Shown: in pieces, positions 1 through 9,566 of the stretch | Position numbering within the stretch: the first letter of the stretch is position 1 | Layout of the letters: each line of letters begins with the position of its first letter | Source of the DNA: Minisyncoccota bacterium | GTDB lineage: Bacteria > Patescibacteriota > Minisyncoccia > Minisyncoccales > CSSED10-335 | Direction: 5' to 3' | Assembly (NCBI GenBank): GCA_028701035.1 | Contig: JAQVRO010000002.1 | Location: 30,226-70,102, forward strand | Length of the DNA: 39,877 bases | Notes under the pieces: generated by a model | The model's input: the letters and a program-made list of their open reading frames with translations, nothing else | The model's database searches: none | Told to the model about the DNA's origin: nothing | Translations under genes and position numbers: made by a program

Positions 1-95
1 ATTAAGGAGGTCGGATTAAGGAGCTTAGCTCCTTAATAGAATCTTGTATTGGAAAGCGGGGGGTGTTTCATGCTATCGTTGCGTTGGATAAGACT
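1..95 (+). repeat. Composite intergenic element, copy 1 (may be cut by the window edge). It has an ATTAAGGA direct repeat, the hairpin TTAAGGAGC-TTA-GCTCCTTAA (16-36) and the conserved box CGTTGCGTTGGATAAGACT (77-95).
   Basis: Bases 1-38 are near-identical to 20006-20043, with one mismatch. The box at 77-95 recurs at 20073-20091 and 23639-23657. Confidence 0.6.
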
Positions 96-100
96 AGGTA

Positions 101-129
101 TTGACCAACTAACTGCATTCTGCTATAAA
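101..129 (+). promoter_or_regulatory. Sigma70-like promoter TTGACC-17 nt-TATAAA.
   Basis: The hexamers were read directly. The -10 box ends 7 nt before the ATG at 137, and there is no SD in between. Confidence 0.5.
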
Positions 130-136
130 CATAGTA

Positions 137-469
137 ATGAAGCGATTCTCTGCATATATTATAGCTGGTGTACTGGGTATATGGCTTGCAACCGGTATTC
201 CCGGAGTTGATTTTACGGGAACATTTGCGTCGTTAGCTTTAGCTGGGTTTGCCCTAGGTGTTATTAATTTTGCAGTAAAGCCAATACTAGATATATTAAC
301 ATTGCCGTTAAGAATATTAACGCTTGGAATATTCTCATTATTCCTTAATATAGCTATTGTTTGGGTCGTTGACGTTTTAATCTTAGAAAAGATATTTAAT
401 AATTTTACCCAGTTGTTTATTGCAACAGCGATACTCTGGATATTAAATCTTATTCTAGCTAGAAAATAA
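137..469 (+). CDS. Small integral membrane protein of the DUF360 / phage-holin-4-like (YvlD-type) family.
   Basis: The 110 aa product has 3-4 hydrophobic helices. The segment INFAVKPILDILTLPLRILTLGIFSLFLNIAIVW resembles that family's core as I remember it. Confidence 0.6.
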   Translation: MKRFSAYIIAGVLGIWLATGIPGVDFTGTFASLALAGFALGVINFAVKPILDILTLPLRILTLGIFSLFLNIAIVWVVDVLILEKIFNNFTQLFIATAILWILNLILARK

Positions 470-684
470 TGAATAATTTACTTCCTATTTTACAAATATT
501 AGTAGCAATCGGCTTAATCACTTTAGTATTATTACAACAAGGTGGCTCTGGGCTTGGTTCGGCATTTGGTCAAGATGGTGGTGGAAGTTACTCGGCAAAA
601 CGAGGAGCACAAAAGCACATATTTAATGGAACTATTGTCTTGGGAATACTTTTTGTAATCTTGGCCATAATCAATCTATTATAG
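469..684 (+). CDS. secG: Preprotein translocase subunit SecG.
   Basis: The 71 aa product has two TM helices flanking a Gly-rich loop (LLQQGGSGLGSAFGQDGGGS). Its start overlaps the upstream stop (TAATG). Confidence 0.7.
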   Translation: MNNLLPILQILVAIGLITLVLLQQGGSGLGSAFGQDGGGSYSAKRGAQKHIFNGTIVLGILFVILAIINLL

Positions 685-699
685 TTTTCTCTTTAAAGA

Positions 700-2703
700 A
701 TGTCTAAATTAAAAGATAGTATTAGGGGCTTTTTGCCAAAAAGGTTGCCATCATGGTCGCAGTCTCAGTTTTTCGTTAAGGTTTTAAACAGAGAAGAAAG
801 GGCTTTGTTCTATGCATTGACTTTAATATTCTTTGTTTCTCTAATTGGTTTTTCTTATTCTCTTTATATCAATAATACCGAAGTCGCTCCAGCTTATGGA
901 GGAACATATACAGAGGGTATGGTCGGTCATCCTAACTTTGTTAATCCGATATATAGTGCCGCTAACGATGTTGATCGAGATGTTGTAGGGTTATTGTTCT
1001 CGGGACTAATAGATTATAATTTTAACGATGGTTTTGAATTTAATCTTGCCGAAGACATAACAGAGGAGGGCGATTCTTATACTCTAAAACTTAAAGACGG
1101 ATTAAAATGGTCCGATGGAGAAAGTATCACCGCCGAGGATGTTGCTTTTACAGTTAAAGTTATTCAAGATCCAGATTATCGTAGTCCTTTGCGCCCCGAC
1201 TGGATAGGTGTAAGAGTTGAAGAAGTTTCAGATCTTGAAATTTCGTTTGAGTTAGATCAAGCATCTCCAATGTTTATTAACAAACTATCTTTAAAGGTTA
1301 TTCCAAAACATATATGGCAAGATGTTACACCTCAAAACTTTTTGCTTTCAAGCTATAGTATAGATTCAGTTGTTTCGGGGCCTTATCAAATAGCAGGCAA
1401 AGTAATTAGTGGCGATAATATGCAGGCATTAAACTTAAAACCGAACCCTAATTATCATGGCAAGACCCCATATATTTCTAATTTCAACATCAGTTTCTTT
1501 TCTAGCAAGGAAGAGCTTGTATCAGCCGCTAAAAAGGGTCAAATAGATGGTTTTGCAGTTATTAATCCTAAGAATTATCAACAAATTACAAGCGATACAC
1601 GGTTTAAGGGTTATCGTTTTGAGTTCCCAAGATATTTTGCACTTTTTTTTAATAATCAAGTTGTAGATGACATTAATATTAGAAAAGCATTAACGCTAGC
1701 CATAGATAAGAATAAGTTGATTGAAGATGTTTTGTCCGGTCGAGGAAGAGTGGTAAACTCTCCAATTATTCCTGAGATATATAATTTTGATTTTGGAGTT
1801 GAGGCGGATTTTAATTTAACCGAAGCAGAAGAGATTTTAGAGAGTTCGGGATTTATATTAAATGAAAATGGCTTTAGAAGTAAAGTTGTTCGCGAAGAAA
1901 AAGAATTAAGCTTTGATAAAGATCTTAAGGTTGGATCGCAGGGAGAAGCAGTTAGAGATCTTCAGCGTTGTTTGATTTACTTGTCCGAGACAGACCAAGA
2001 CTTATTTCCCAACGGAACCGTTAGTGGTTTTTATGGTCAAGAAACACGCGATGCAGTTAATAATTTTCAGGAAAAATATCACGAAGAGATTTTAGCGCCG
2101 GGAGGGTTTAGTAGTGGTACTGGTATGGTAGCCAAGGGCACTAGAGCTAAACTAAGCGAATTGTGTCAAGAAATACCATCAGAAGCCGAAGATTTTGTTT
2201 TTACAATAACTACAGTAGATCAACCTTTAATGATTCAGATGGCTGAATCAATTAAGAGTCAGTGGGAGTTAGTCGGTGTAAAGTCAGAAATAATAACATA
2301 TAATCAGAGCTCCTTAGAAAGAGAGATTATTAAGCCTAGAGAATACGAGATGATCCTTTTTGGCAATGCTTACGAAGCTATTCCTGATCCATTTCCTTTT
2401 TGGCATTCATCTCAAGTAACTGAATTTGGTCTTAATTTATCCCTATATCAAAACAAAGACACCGATACTTTGTTGGAGATGTTAAGAGTTGAAACTGAAT
2501 CAGAACAGAAAATTGTTGTTTTAGAAAAAATACAAGAAACAATATTAGAAAAATATCCAGCTATATTCTTGTGTAGTGTTGATTACTTGCATTTTGCTTC
2601 TGATAAGATTTTAGGAATAAATCCAGCTAGCATTCTTAATCCTTCTCATCGTTTTTTAGAAGTAGAGGATTGGTATACCAAAACAAAAAGAATAATTAAA
2701 TGA
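700..2703 (+). CDS. Membrane-anchored family-5 (peptide/nickel type) solute-binding protein with an inserted peptidoglycan-binding-like domain.
   Basis: The 667 aa product has an N-terminal TM anchor. It shows SBP_bac_5-like segments (LKLKDGLKWSDGESITAEDVAFT, NPNYHG). An insert at about nt 1930-2165 (GSQGEAVRDLQRCL...GFYGQETRDAVNNFQ) looks like PG_binding_1. Confidence 0.7.
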   Translation: MSKLKDSIRGFLPKRLPSWSQSQFFVKVLNREERALFYALTLIFFVSLIGFSYSLYINNTEVAPAYGGTYTEGMVGHPNFVNPIYSAANDVDRDVVGLLFSGLIDYNFNDGFEFNLAEDITEEGDSYTLKLKDGLKWSDGESITAEDVAFTVKVIQDPDYRSPLRPDWIGVRVEEVSDLEISFELDQASPMFINKLSLKVIPKHIWQDVTPQNFLLSSYSIDSVVSGPYQIAGKVISGDNMQALNLKPNPNYHGKTPYISNFNISFFSSKEELVSAAKKGQIDGFAVINPKNYQQITSDTRFKGYRFEFPRYFALFFNNQVVDDINIRKALTLAIDKNKLIEDVLSGRGRVVNSPIIPEIYNFDFGVEADFNLTEAEEILESSGFILNENGFRSKVVREEKELSFDKDLKVGSQGEAVRDLQRCLIYLSETDQDLFPNGTVSGFYGQETRDAVNNFQEKYHEEILAPGGFSSGTGMVAKGTRAKLSELCQEIPSEAEDFVFTITTVDQPLMIQMAESIKSQWELVGVKSEIITYNQSSLEREIIKPREYEMILFGNAYEAIPDPFPFWHSSQVTEFGLNLSLYQNKDTDTLLEMLRVETESEQKIVVLEKIQETILEKYPAIFLCSVDYLHFASDKILGINPASILNPSHRFLEVEDWYTKTKRIIK

Positions 2704-3272
2704 AGTTAGAAAATCCAGATGTTAGATATTTAAAGGACATCGAGAATGTTGTCTTTGATAAGGAGTGGTTAAAAGAAGCGCCAAATATTGAGCTTTATTA
2801 TATGTATCGTAATTTGGAACGCAGAGGATCTTTGCGTTACGATATTACTGTTATACCCGCTCAAATGTTAGGTAGTGAATTTGTTAAAACAAAAGGACAT
2901 TATCATCCTAAACAGTATGGCGAACTATATATTGTTTTAGAGGGAGAGGCAATATATTTAATGCAGAAGGTAAACGAAGAAAACGAAGTCGTTGACATCT
3001 ATGCCGTAGAGGCCAAGAAAGGAAATTATGTTGTTATTCCAAAAGATTATGGTCATATCACCATAAATCCAGGCCCCGAGTCTTTAAAAATGGCTAACTG
3101 GGTTTACGATGGATTTCAGTCTAACTATTCTTTAATTGAAGAAAAAGGTGGTGCTGCTTATTTCTATACTATCAATGGTTGGATTAAAAACGATAAGTAT
3201 AGCAATGTGCCTGATTTAAGGTTTGAGGTTCCCGAAGTAGAAGAACCAAAAGATTTGTCTTTTCTTAATTAA
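2700..3272 (+). CDS. pgiA: Cupin-type (archaeal-type) glucose-6-phosphate isomerase.
   Basis: The 190 aa product has cupin metal motifs (KGHYHP...GELYIVLEGEA and YGHITINPG). Size and motifs fit the cupin PGI family. Its start forms an ATGA overlap with the upstream gene. Confidence 0.65.
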   Translation: MKLENPDVRYLKDIENVVFDKEWLKEAPNIELYYMYRNLERRGSLRYDITVIPAQMLGSEFVKTKGHYHPKQYGELYIVLEGEAIYLMQKVNEENEVVDIYAVEAKKGNYVVIPKDYGHITINPGPESLKMANWVYDGFQSNYSLIEEKGGAAYFYTINGWIKNDKYSNVPDLRFEVPEVEEPKDLSFLN

Positions 3273-3356
3273 GCTCTTGTGGCGGAATTGGCAGACGCGT
3301 ACGGTTCAGAGCCGTATGAGCATATGCTCGTGTGGGTTCAACTCCCACCAAGAGCA
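3273..3356 (+). tRNA. tRNA-Leu (anticodon CAG), type II with a long variable arm; CCA is not encoded.
   Basis: I folded the cloverleaf by hand. The acceptor is GCTCTTG/CAAGAGC, the anticodon stem TACGG/CCGTA with loop TTCAGAG, the variable stem GAGCA/TGCTC, and the T arm GTGGG-TTCAACT-CCCAC. Confidence 0.85.
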
Positions 3357-3377
3357 CAAAATTAAAAATTAAAAAAT

Positions 3378-5054
3378 ATGAAAGAAGAAAAAAAATTAAA
3401 AATTATACCACTAGGAGGAATGGGCGAAATTGGCAAGAACATGACTCTTTTTGAGTATGATAAAAAAATACTAATTGTGGATATGGGTTTAAAGATGCCA
3501 AGTGAGAATATGCCTGGTGTTGACTATATTATTCCTAATGTATCCTATTTAGAAGGTAGAGAAGATGATATTGTTGCAGTTTTGTTTACTCATGGTCACT
3601 ATGATCATATTGGAGCAATACCATATATTATCGAGAAAATTGGTAATCCTAAAATGTTTGCCTCACCTTTAGCTAAGGGAATAATTATGAAAAGGCAAGA
3701 AGAATTTCCTAACAATGTTAAACTAGACATTACCGAAGTGAATCATGGATCTAAGATTAACCTTAATCCATTTAAGGTTGAGTTCTTTCATATGAATCAC
3801 AATATTATGCATAACCTCGGAATGTTTATTCAAACTCCAGTTGGCAATATTGTTCACACATCTGATTTTAAACTTGACTCAGATCCGGTTAACGAAAAAC
3901 CAAGTGATTTAAAAAAGCTAAAAGAGATTGGTGATCAAAGGATAGATTTATTAATGATTGATTCGACTGGAGCTGAGAGTCCGGGGCATTCATTATCGGA
4001 AAAAGTAATAATGGAGAATTTAGAAGAAATATTTATTCAATCTGAAGGCCGAATTATTGCTGCTACATTCTCTTCTTTAGTTAATAGGATTCAGCAAATG
4101 ATTGTATTATCTGAAAAATATGGTCGTAAGGTTGCTATTATCGGAAATGGTATGAAAACTAATGTTGAGATTTGCAGAAAATTAAAAATCGTTTCTATTA
4201 AGAAGGGAACATTGATTAAGCCAAAAGATGTTGCTGATTATCCCGACGAGAAGATTACTATTATTTGTACTGGAGCTCAAGGAGAAGATAGGGCTGCTTT
4301 AATGCGTATTGCTAACGGAGAACATCAGAGCATTCATTTCAAAAAAGGTGATTCGGTGGTATTTTCATCTTCCGTTATTCCGGGCAATGAGAGAATGGTT
4401 CAAGAATTAAAAGACGATATCTTAAGACAAGGGACAAAGGTTTATCATTACAAAATGATGGATATTCATGCTGGTGGTCATGCTTATCAAGAGGAGATCA
4501 AAGAAGTAATTAACCTAATTCGCCCCAAGAATATTATGCCAATTCATGGTCAATATTCTATGTTTGCTTCCTTGAAAAATATGGCTATAGATTCTCTAAA
4601 TTTTAAAGAAGAGAATGTTTTACTGGCTGAGAATGGAGATATAGTTTATCTTTCTTCGGGTCGTGGATCGGTAGAGCAAAGCAAGGTAGCCTCTAATTAT
4701 GTGATGGTTGATGGTTTGGGAGTCGGCGATGTTGGCGAAGTTGTCCTAAGAGACAGAAAAGCATTAGCCGAAGATGGTATGTTTGTTATAATTGTTGTTG
4801 TGGATAAACAAAAAGGGCAAGTAAAGGGTTCGCCGGATATAATATCTCGTGGATTTATATACTTAAGAGAATCCAAAACTATGCTTTTCCAGACAAGAAA
4901 AAAGACGATACAAATCGTCAACAAGTCTGCTGGTACTGGCGGGGCAGTAAACTGGGCTTATGTTAAGGATGAATTGAGGAACAAAATCGGCCAGTTCTTG
5001 TATGAGAAAACCGAAAGAAGACCAATGGTCCTTCCGGTTATTATCGAGGTTTAG
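3378..5054 (+). CDS. rnj: Ribonuclease J (metallo-beta-lactamase / beta-CASP).
   Basis: The 558 aa product has the HGHYDHIG motif. Its beta-CASP and C-terminal domain layout is typical of RNase J. Confidence 0.85.
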   Translation: MKEEKKLKIIPLGGMGEIGKNMTLFEYDKKILIVDMGLKMPSENMPGVDYIIPNVSYLEGREDDIVAVLFTHGHYDHIGAIPYIIEKIGNPKMFASPLAKGIIMKRQEEFPNNVKLDITEVNHGSKINLNPFKVEFFHMNHNIMHNLGMFIQTPVGNIVHTSDFKLDSDPVNEKPSDLKKLKEIGDQRIDLLMIDSTGAESPGHSLSEKVIMENLEEIFIQSEGRIIAATFSSLVNRIQQMIVLSEKYGRKVAIIGNGMKTNVEICRKLKIVSIKKGTLIKPKDVADYPDEKITIICTGAQGEDRAALMRIANGEHQSIHFKKGDSVVFSSSVIPGNERMVQELKDDILRQGTKVYHYKMMDIHAGGHAYQEEIKEVINLIRPKNIMPIHGQYSMFASLKNMAIDSLNFKEENVLLAENGDIVYLSSGRGSVEQSKVASNYVMVDGLGVGDVGEVVLRDRKALAEDGMFVIIVVVDKQKGQVKGSPDIISRGFIYLRESKTMLFQTRKKTIQIVNKSAGTGGAVNWAYVKDELRNKIGQFLYEKTERRPMVLPVIIEV

Positions 5055-5461
5055 TCAAAGGTGCAAGTCATACTCTCACATTTACTACTAGCGTATCCTG
5101 ATTTTGTTCTGGTAACGCAGTAATGTTTGTTAGTGTCGGTTATTAAACTTGAAGAAAAGCAATAACTATCAGTATTTGCCTGACAAGTTAAAACTCCACC
5201 AGCATCTATTATGTCTTCACCAATGAGATCTAGCTTTTCAACATTATTAAATTCGGTTGCACTCTCACAAGCACTAGCATAACTACCACTCATAACGCCA
5301 ACAGTGTTGGCAACATTACCTGCCTGACCTAGTGCATTAATTATTCTAGAATCTCGTGCATCTTCTCTCATACCATAGAAACTAATCATGGTTGCTGCAA
5401 GAATTCCGATGATTGAGATAACGACTAATAACTCTATTAAAGTAAATCCTTTCGATTTCAT
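5051..5461 (-). CDS. Type IV pilin / pseudopilin with a prepilin N-terminal methylation motif.
   Basis: The N-terminus MKSKGFTLIELLVVISIIGILAA is a class III signal (G|FTLIE). The C-terminal half is Cys-rich. Confidence 0.85.
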   Translation of the reverse strand: MKSKGFTLIELLVVISIIGILAATMISFYGMREDARDSRIINALGQAGNVANTVGVMSGSYASACESATEFNNVEKLDLIGEDIIDAGGVLTCQANTDSYCFSSSLITDTNKHYCVTRTKSGYASSKCESMTCTFD

Positions 5462-5499
5462 GTTTCAATTCTACTAGAAAATAGAAAAAATACAAGCTC

Positions 5500-5527
5500 T
5501 TGACATCATTTTAATTTTGTATAGAAT
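5500..5527 (+). promoter_or_regulatory. groESL promoter TTGACA-16 nt-TAGAAT.
   Basis: The -35 is consensus and the -10 is good. It lies immediately upstream of the CIRCE-like repeat. Confidence 0.5.
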
Positions 5528-5531
5528 GGAG

Positions 5532-5558
5532 TTAGCACTCAAAGGTCGTGTTTGCTAA
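5532..5558 (+). promoter_or_regulatory. CIRCE-like HrcA operator, TTAGCACTC-N9-GTTTGCTAA.
   Basis: The left arm matches the CIRCE consensus TTAGCACTC exactly. The right arm differs from GAGTGCTAA at 2 positions. It sits between the promoter and groES. Confidence 0.6.
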
Positions 5559-5577
5559 ATTAATAATAAAATAAAAT

Positions 5578-5871
5578 ATGAAAATAAAACCATTAATGGA
5601 TAATATATTAATCGAGCCTATTGAGCAATCAGAGCAGACTAAAGGTGGAATCATTCTTCCCAAAACTGCCGATCAAGATCGCTCAGAAGAAGGCAAGGTT
5701 ATTGCAGTTGGGCCAGGTAAAAGAGATTCTTCTGGCAATTTAATAACAATGGAGGTTAAAGAAGGCCAAAAAGTTCTTTTTACTAAATATGGTCCTAACG
5801 AAATTAAAGTCGAAGATAAGAACTATCTCATTGCCAAGCAAGACGATATTTTGGCAATTATTGAAGAGTAA
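5578..5871 (+). CDS. groES: Co-chaperonin GroES.
   Basis: The 97 aa product has a canonical sequence (KPLMDNILIEP...GGIILP...) and is adjacent to groEL. Confidence 0.95.
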   Translation: MKIKPLMDNILIEPIEQSEQTKGGIILPKTADQDRSEEGKVIAVGPGKRDSSGNLITMEVKEGQKVLFTKYGPNEIKVEDKNYLIAKQDDILAIIEE

Positions 5872-5876
5872 TTTAA

Positions 5877-7526
<1,650 letters not shown>

Positions 7527-7540
7527 AATGGTAATAATCA

Positions 7541-7579
7541 AAGCGCTCCCTAATCGGGGGCGCTTTTGAATTTTTACAA
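7541..7579 (+). terminator. Intrinsic terminator after groEL.
   Basis: The stem AAGCGCTCCC / GGGGGCGCTT has loop TAATC and is followed by TTTTGAATTTTT. Confidence 0.7.
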
Positions 7580-7617
7580 AAAATATGTTAGGGTTGCCTT
7601 AGTACATTTCAAAGGAG

Positions 7618-8028
7618 TTGTTGACATTGGGAAAAAGAAATGGGTCGAGGTCTCGAGAAGTTAAACCTAATGGGAACAATGGTCATAATAATGGCAATGG
7701 TTTCTCAATCGGGACATGCCCTATATGTGGAAGGGATAATATCCGTCTAACGGCACACCATCTTAAAAAGAGAGCAGTATTTGGAGAGAATCAGTGCGTT
7801 TTCTATCTTTGTAGAGAATGCCACGATCTCTTAGAGGCTTATATTAGAACAATGGAGAATGCAATCTTAAGATTGGCTCCAACAGCTTATGTTAAGCTCA
7901 ACGATACTTTTATACAAAACTTAGGTTTTGTTACCGATGGTGATCTGATGAACATCTGCAAGGATTTCTTAGAGGAGGTGAATCCAGAAGAAATCCAAAT
8001 AATCTTCAAAAAAAGAGGGAAAAATTAA
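7618..8028 (+). CDS. HNH-type endonuclease-like zinc-finger protein with a non-ATG start.
   Basis: The HNH/His-Me finger pattern is CPICG...LTAHHL...LCRECHD. There is no in-frame ATG before the motif. TTG codons at 7618, 7621 and 7627 follow AAAGGAG (7611-7617), so the exact start is uncertain. Confidence 0.5.
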   Translation: MLTLGKRNGSRSREVKPNGNNGHNNGNGFSIGTCPICGRDNIRLTAHHLKKRAVFGENQCVFYLCRECHDLLEAYIRTMENAILRLAPTAYVKLNDTFIQNLGFVTDGDLMNICKDFLEEVNPEEIQIIFKKRGKN

Positions 8029-8108
8029 CCCTCTTTAAGCTCTTGCTAAAATGTGATTAATGTTATATTATTAAGTTAGTTAGTCGATTATTAATTTAAA
8101 ATAAAAAT

Positions 8109-8672
8109 ATGGATATAATATATATTGTTTTGGGATTTATTGTGGTATTAGCTTTAGTTGTTGTATTGATTTACAACAGTCTTGTAGTTTTAAGGAATAG
8201 AACCGACGAGGCATGGTCCGATATTGATGTCCAATTAAAAAGAAGATACGATCTTATTCCTAATTTAATAGAAACAGTAAAGGGATATGCAGCTCACGAA
8301 AAAAGCGTCTTTGAAAATGTTACTAAGGCAAGAACAGCAGCAATGTCTGCTGAGCAATTAGGCGATCCTAAGAAGATGGCCGAGAGTGAGAATATGCTTT
8401 CGGGAACATTAAAAACTCTTTTTGCTGTTTCTGAAAATTATCCTCAGCTAAAGGCATCTGACAATTTTATTGAGCTTCAAAGAGAATTAAGAGATACCGA
8501 AGACAAAATTCAAGCATCTAGAAGATTTTATAACTCTAATGTTAGAGATCTTAATATCAAAGTTCAAGTATTCCCTTCTAATATTATTGCTGGATCTCTT
8601 GGATTTACAAAAAGAGACTTCTTCGAAATAGAAGATCCAAAAGAAAAAGAGCCAGTAAAAGTTAGTTTTTAA
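8109..8672 (+). CDS. lemA: LemA family membrane protein.
   Basis: The 187 aa product has an N-terminal TM helix and LemA signature segments ([41 protein letters not shown]). Confidence 0.85.
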   Translation: MDIIYIVLGFIVVLALVVVLIYNSLVVLRNRTDEAWSDIDVQLKRRYDLIPNLIETVKGYAAHEKSVFENVTKARTAAMSAEQLGDPKKMAESENMLSGTLKTLFAVSENYPQLKASDNFIELQRELRDTEDKIQASRRFYNSNVRDLNIKVQVFPSNIIAGSLGFTKRDFFEIEDPKEKEPVKVSF

Positions 8673-8678
8673 TTTTTT

Positions 8679-9566
8679 ATGGCAAATCTTTATACTCAAG
8701 TTGAATCAAATACCAGAAAGACTTGGGCTTATCTATTATTCTTCTTTGTTTTCATAATTAGTCTTGGATGGGTGATGTCCTACTTTCTAGAAACTCAAGC
8801 TATTCTTTGGGTGGCAGTTGTTTTTGCAATAATACTAAACATCGCTTCTTACTGGTATTCAGATAAGATAGTTTTAAGTATGGTTAAGGCAAGGCCAGTA
8901 AAAAAAGAAGACAACCCAGAGCTTTATCGCTTAGTAGAGAATTTATCCATTACTGCTGGATTACCTATGCCCAAGATATATATTATGAACGAAATGCAAC
9001 CAAATGCTTTTGCTACTGGTCGCGATCCGGAGCATGGAGTAATAGTAGTAACCGAAGGGTTATTAAATATCTTAGAAAAAGCAGAGCTAGAAGGAGTGTT
9101 GGCTCACGAATTAGCTCATATTGGCAATCGCGACATTTTACTATCCACAGTGGTTGTAGTATTAGTTGGTATGGTGGTAATTATGACAGATATGTTCTTT
9201 AGAATTGCTTTCTTTAGTGATGGAGATAACAAAAACAAAGGACCTATGATAATTATTGCTTTGATTTTGGCGATATTGGCACCACTTATGGCTCAATTAA
9301 TGAAGTTGGCGATATCTCGCAAAAGAGAGTTCTTAGCAGATTCTTCAGGAGCTTTACTTACAAGATATCCCGATGGACTTGCTCGGGCATTAGAGAAAAT
9401 ATCCAAAGACCCTCATCCGATGACTAAAGCTAGTAATGCCACAGCCCATATGTTCATATCCAATCCTTTTAGAGGAAAAGAAACTGCTAGCTGGCTAAGT
9501 AAAATGTTTATGACTCACCCTCCTGCCGAAGAGAGGATATCAAAATTAAAAGAAATGAGCCTATGA
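8679..9566 (+). CDS. htpX: Zinc metalloprotease HtpX (M48 family).
   Basis: It has the HELAHIGNRD (HExxH) motif, four TM segments and a C-terminal THPP...ERI motif. Confidence 0.9.
   Translation: MANLYTQVESNTRKTWAYLLFFFVFIISLGWVMSYFLETQAILWVAVVFAIILNIASYWYSDKIVLSMVKARPVKKEDNPELYRLVENLSITAGLPMPKIYIMNEMQPNAFATGRDPEHGVIVVTEGLLNILEKAELEGVLAHELAHIGNRDILLSTVVVVLVGMVVIMTDMFFRIAFFSDGDNKNKGPMIIIALILAILAPLMAQLMKLAISRKREFLADSSGALLTRYPDGLARALEKISKDPHPMTKASNATAHMFISNPFRGKETASWLSKMFMTHPPAEERISKLKEMSL

Noticed and set aside
4697-4924. A minus-strand 75-aa ORF at the 3' end of rnj, adjacent to the pilin gene.
   Set aside because: It is antisense to the conserved RNase J C-terminal domain. The pilin gene already ends at 5051, and the product has no signal or pilin motif.
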